This document shows, in pieces, positions 60,384 through 64,000 of a stretch of DNA of 64,000 nt; position 1 is the stretch's first letter; every line of letters begins with the position of its first letter. The translations under genes and the position numbers were made by a program. Where the stretch lies: NCBI GenBank assembly GCA_013265495.1, contig MU057801.1, positions 1,357,879 to 1,421,878 on the forward strand. Direction: 5' to 3'. The notes under the pieces are model-generated. The model was not told the DNA's origin. It did not search any database and saw only the letters and a program-made list of their open reading frames with translations. The stretch is from Vicugna vicugna. Its lineage: Eukaryota.

Positions 60384-61759
60384 CGCAAAGCCTCTTGGTC
60401 ACTACTCGCCTCAGTGCTTGTCCTGAACCCATCTGAGCCACAGTCACAGACATCTGTCCTTTCGTCTCTGGACACTTTGTGTGTCTTCTAAGACCAAGGA
60501 CGCCGGCCTCCGTCCCCGTAGTGTGGACCGACACCCAGTCCCGCCTGTGCTCGCCTGTCCCCAGCTGTCCCACTGGTCCCCTCTGTAACCACTGCCTTGT
60601 TTGTTTGCTCCAGGACCCAGCCCAGGTCACACAATGCATTGTGCTGTCTTCGCTCTTTGGCATCCTGGATCCTAGAACAATCCCTCAGCCTCTTCCCCAC
60701 ATGACAGCGAGTTTTGAAAAGTCCAGGCCAGCTGTCTTCAGAAGGTCCCTCAATCTGGGTTTGTCTGACTGTTTCCGCCTGTGTCGGTTCAGATGAATAA
60801 AACCCCCAGCTTTTAAGGCCCCTTTAAAAGCTTCAAACTGAATGCAATCTGCTTTCAATTTGCTTTTGCACCAGGGACTTTATTGCCCGGGGGAACTGAG
60901 GCCGTAAGGCAAACCCAGCCCCTGGAAGAGACTGTGGCTCAGCTGGGTAAGGCCGGTCGCTGAGTGGTCCGCTTACAGTTTCTCTCTGGCCCTCGGGGGC
61001 TCCAGAGGCCTCCCTTCCAGCCTCAGCCGAGACCCAGTTTCCGTCCACCTCTGCTGTGTGCCGCCCCAGCCCGGAGCTCTGGGCTGCTCCGAGCTGACCG
61101 AGGACTCACCCAGGTGAGGCCCAGGTGCCCGGTCGCGGGCCCCCTGCCTGGCAGACGCAGGATGGAGCCCAGCAAAGTGAGAAGCACTTGGGGCTCCCAG
61201 AGACAGGAATCAATTTCCTGAGCTGGGAGTTGGCCAGGAGTCTGCAGTCTTCTACCTCTGTGCATTCAAAGGCTGGGATGGGGGTTCAGGGGTGCATTTG
61301 CAAAGGCCCAGCCTCTAGGAGCCGTCGGATTACTTCCACCCGCTAAGTCTTCCACCTCCTAAGTCCTCAGGGCCCCTACGTGGGTGTGAACCCGGCTGGG
61401 GACACCCAGAGGCGGCGGGTTCCCCCACTAGGTGGCACCATCTAACTGCAGGCCAGTTCCATGGAGTGGAGCTCTTCGCACCCTTCACTCATCTTCCCCA
61501 GAACCTGCTGGCGTATGTCAAGTATGTCAAGTCTCCCTCTCTCCCTGAGAACGATCCTGGGGAGGCGGGCGGGGTGGGAACAGCTGCAGGGTGTTCCGTG
61601 TTCCTGGTGGGGACTAGGGCTTTTTCCCCCCTCCCTGCTCCGGAACCTTCCAGAATGAATCCACATGTTCCGCGGCAAAGCCAACCCCCATCGGGACTGA
61701 GATCCCTGGGGACAGCGGGCACTGAGCCCCAGGAAGCCTTCCCGAGGGCCTGGCAGAGG

Positions 61760-62050
61760 GTCGGCGTGCCGGCTGGCAGATGGGGAGCTTGGAGATGCGG
61801 CGCGCGCAGCGGGGGCGCCGGAGGCCGCGTGGGTGCGGACGAGCTGCAGGCGCGGACCTCCCTCAGAGCCCCCGTCGGACGGGCAGGTCTCCCCGCAGGG
61901 CCCTCCACCTCCTCCCTTCCCGGGGACAGGGCGCGAGAAGGCGGCTTCCCCGCGCCGCCGGGGCTGCTGCGATGGGAGGGGCGCCCTGGGAGGGCAGCGG
62001 TCCACCCATGGCGGGGAGGGGGGGCGCCGCGTTTGCCCCCCACCTCCTGC
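61760..62050. other. CpG-rich patch
   Basis: gcggcgcgcgcagcgggggcgccggaggccgcg and similar; no linked exon. Confidence 0.55.
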
Positions 62051-62919
62051 CCTTCAGGGGGATTGAGCATCTCACCGGGGACAGGTCCCCCCGATGTCCA
62101 GCGGAAGATGGTCTCAGCAGAGCAGCCCCAGGGTAGGGGGTGTGGACGGGGCGCCGGCAGGGACACCAGTACCCTCTGACAGTGCTCAGTGCCCCCAACG
62201 TTGCCCCCCGGAGATGCCCACTCTCCCCTCCCCTCGCCCCTCAGCCCTGCACCTCCGTCCCTGTCAGAACGTGCCCCTCTGGTGTTCTGTCCTGGCTGTA
62301 TCCTGCCTGCCAGAGTGACAGCATGTAACACCCAGGGCTCAGACCTCACATCAGATCTGGGCTGGAGCCAGCCTCGCAGGGAGCCCGGTTGAAAGAGGCT
62401 CCGCTCCGAGGAGGGGCGGGCAGGCCGGGTGCCCACCTCCTGGGCCTCGCGCCTGCCCTTTGCTGACCTCGGAGGTGTCCGTCTGCATCTCGGCATCCTT
62501 AGTGCAGATGAGAAGCTAGTCTCCATGGGGTCTTTGATTTTAAGAAATAAAAATGGACACCAGTAGCATCTTAGGTGGGCCAGAGAGGAGAGCTAAGGGG
62601 AGGAAAGGATGCGGAGGTGTCTGCGTCCCCAGCCGGGAACACCACAGCTTCCGAAAGGGCCCCACCTCTCTGATTTGGTCCTCGTGGCACCCTGTGGGGT
62701 CCAGCACTTCATGGGACTCGCCTGCCTCTGGGGGCCTGTAAGCATGTCCATGTGTGGGCAACGGCTATGATCATCCCATTTAATCTTAACGACCCCCAAG
62801 TAGTGGTTGCTGGGTACAGAGGAGGACGGTCCCCTCAGAGAGGCTGCGACTTGCTCTAGGTCCCCCTCCTGGGAAGTGGGGAGCGAGGCCTCCCTGGTTC
62901 TCCTTCTCTGTTACCATCT

Positions 62920-63263
62920 ATGGGATGGATTGTGTTAAAGATGGCGCCAACAGTTCCTCCCCGCCTCAGAGGTCAGATTGCTCCACGTAAGGGGGCCCGG
63001 GAGGATGAGACACCAGCTGGAGCGCCAAGGCTGCCGACCCCTGACAGGGCGGTCTTGGTTCTTCCAGCCCCTCCCAGATGAACATGTGAGTGGCCGCAGC
63101 CTGCATGACACGGAGCAGAGGAACTGCCTGGCCAACCCTCAGCATCCTGAGAAGTAACACGTTGTCACCGAAATTTGGTAATTTGCTTTAATTGAATCAC
63201 AAATTGTTGTTTTAAGCTGTGCCATTTTGGAGTGGTTTGTTACATAGCAGTTGATAAATCAAA
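62920..63263 (+). mobile_element. MLT1 (G/H-like) solo LTR with internal deletion
   Basis: aaagatggcgccaacagttcctcc...ggagcagaggaactgcctggccaaccc...ttgttgttttaagc...ttttggagtggtttgttacatagcagttgataa. Confidence 0.8.
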
Positions 63264-64000
63264 AGACTGCCTGCTTTTTTTTTTTATTGGAAATTAACTT
63301 TTTGTGGCAAACGGTCAACCCTCAAGTTTCTCAAAATCAGGGACAACTGGGTTACATTCTTCCTGGAGCAACAACAGACATCAGAATGGGAAGCAGGAAA
63401 GGACCAGTGTCAGACACTCGCCCTCACAGAAAACCATCCTGAGCTTAACTCCCCGGAACCCGTCCTCGGATTTTGTTGGGGGTCAGTGGTGGTGGCCTGA
63501 GTTCACAGCCGGGAATTTTCAGTGCAAACGCCTCCACTTTGGATGGCTTGGGGCACAGCCTACATCCTACTTGGGGAATCACTCGTGCTTTTTGAGAAGA
63601 GTGTGATTAATCTGCCTCAGTGGCCGTCCCTGTGCTGAATGTGAACGAGAAGGATCTCCATGTGGCATTCGCTTTGTGTTTGAGGCCCTGGCAAAGGTAG
63701 GTAACCTGACGGAAGCCTCTGGATGCAAACTCTGCTGAAGCCACGTGCTGGGAAAGTGGGCCTGGACACCAGCTTCCAGACAGTGGGAAGCTCACCGCCG
63801 CCTGGGACTCAGCTCTGCCTGATTTTTGTGGATGCTGGTGCCATGTTGGAGTTTCCTCACCCAGGCGGACAGAGCCAGAGTCTTTGCAGAAGCGTTTCTC
63901 AGGCATTGGATTCTCTGCACGTTGACTTCTCCAGTGATCACGTCCCAGCACCCTGCTACCCGCAGAGCCCCAAGACTTGAGGGGCTCCCCGCCGGCGCTC

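Noticed and set aside
61489..62526. Longest ORF (345 aa, minus strand) and overlapping ORFs
   Set aside because: Low-complexity G/P/R/A composition, open in several frames at once, no recognisable domain: a GC-rich stop-poor artefact.
1..64000. Host gene or locus identity
   Set aside because: No recognisable coding exon; any gene symbol would be a guess.

Overview
Mammalian non-coding DNA (intronic or intergenic), very probably from a camelid (Camelus/Lama/Vicugna), based on five copies of a tRNA-Ala-derived SINE matching the camelid vic-1 family and young L1 3' ends of cetartiodactyl type. I cannot support any protein-coding gene or identify the locus. The ORF track is explained by GC-rich open frames and decayed L1 ORF2. 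Much of the window is interspersed repeat (L1, L2, MIR, MLT1, MER hAT/Tigger elements, solo LTRs, HAL1). Family names come from recalled consensus similarity, not a database search, so subfamily labels and boundaries are approximate. Between the repeats are repeat-free, motif-rich blocks that look like enhancers, and many CpG-rich patches with no associated gene. Most notable: (1) a composite vic-1/old-L1/vic-1 insert sitting in one L1-endonuclease target site with no Pol III terminator inside, suggesting SINE read-through transduction; (2) a solo LTR with a periodic CCAAT(NF-Y) array plus octamers; (3) AT-rich L1 remnants locally rewritten into CpG islands by strand-symmetric A/T->G/C change, consistent with GC-biased gene conversion; (4) a 326-bp tandem duplication.
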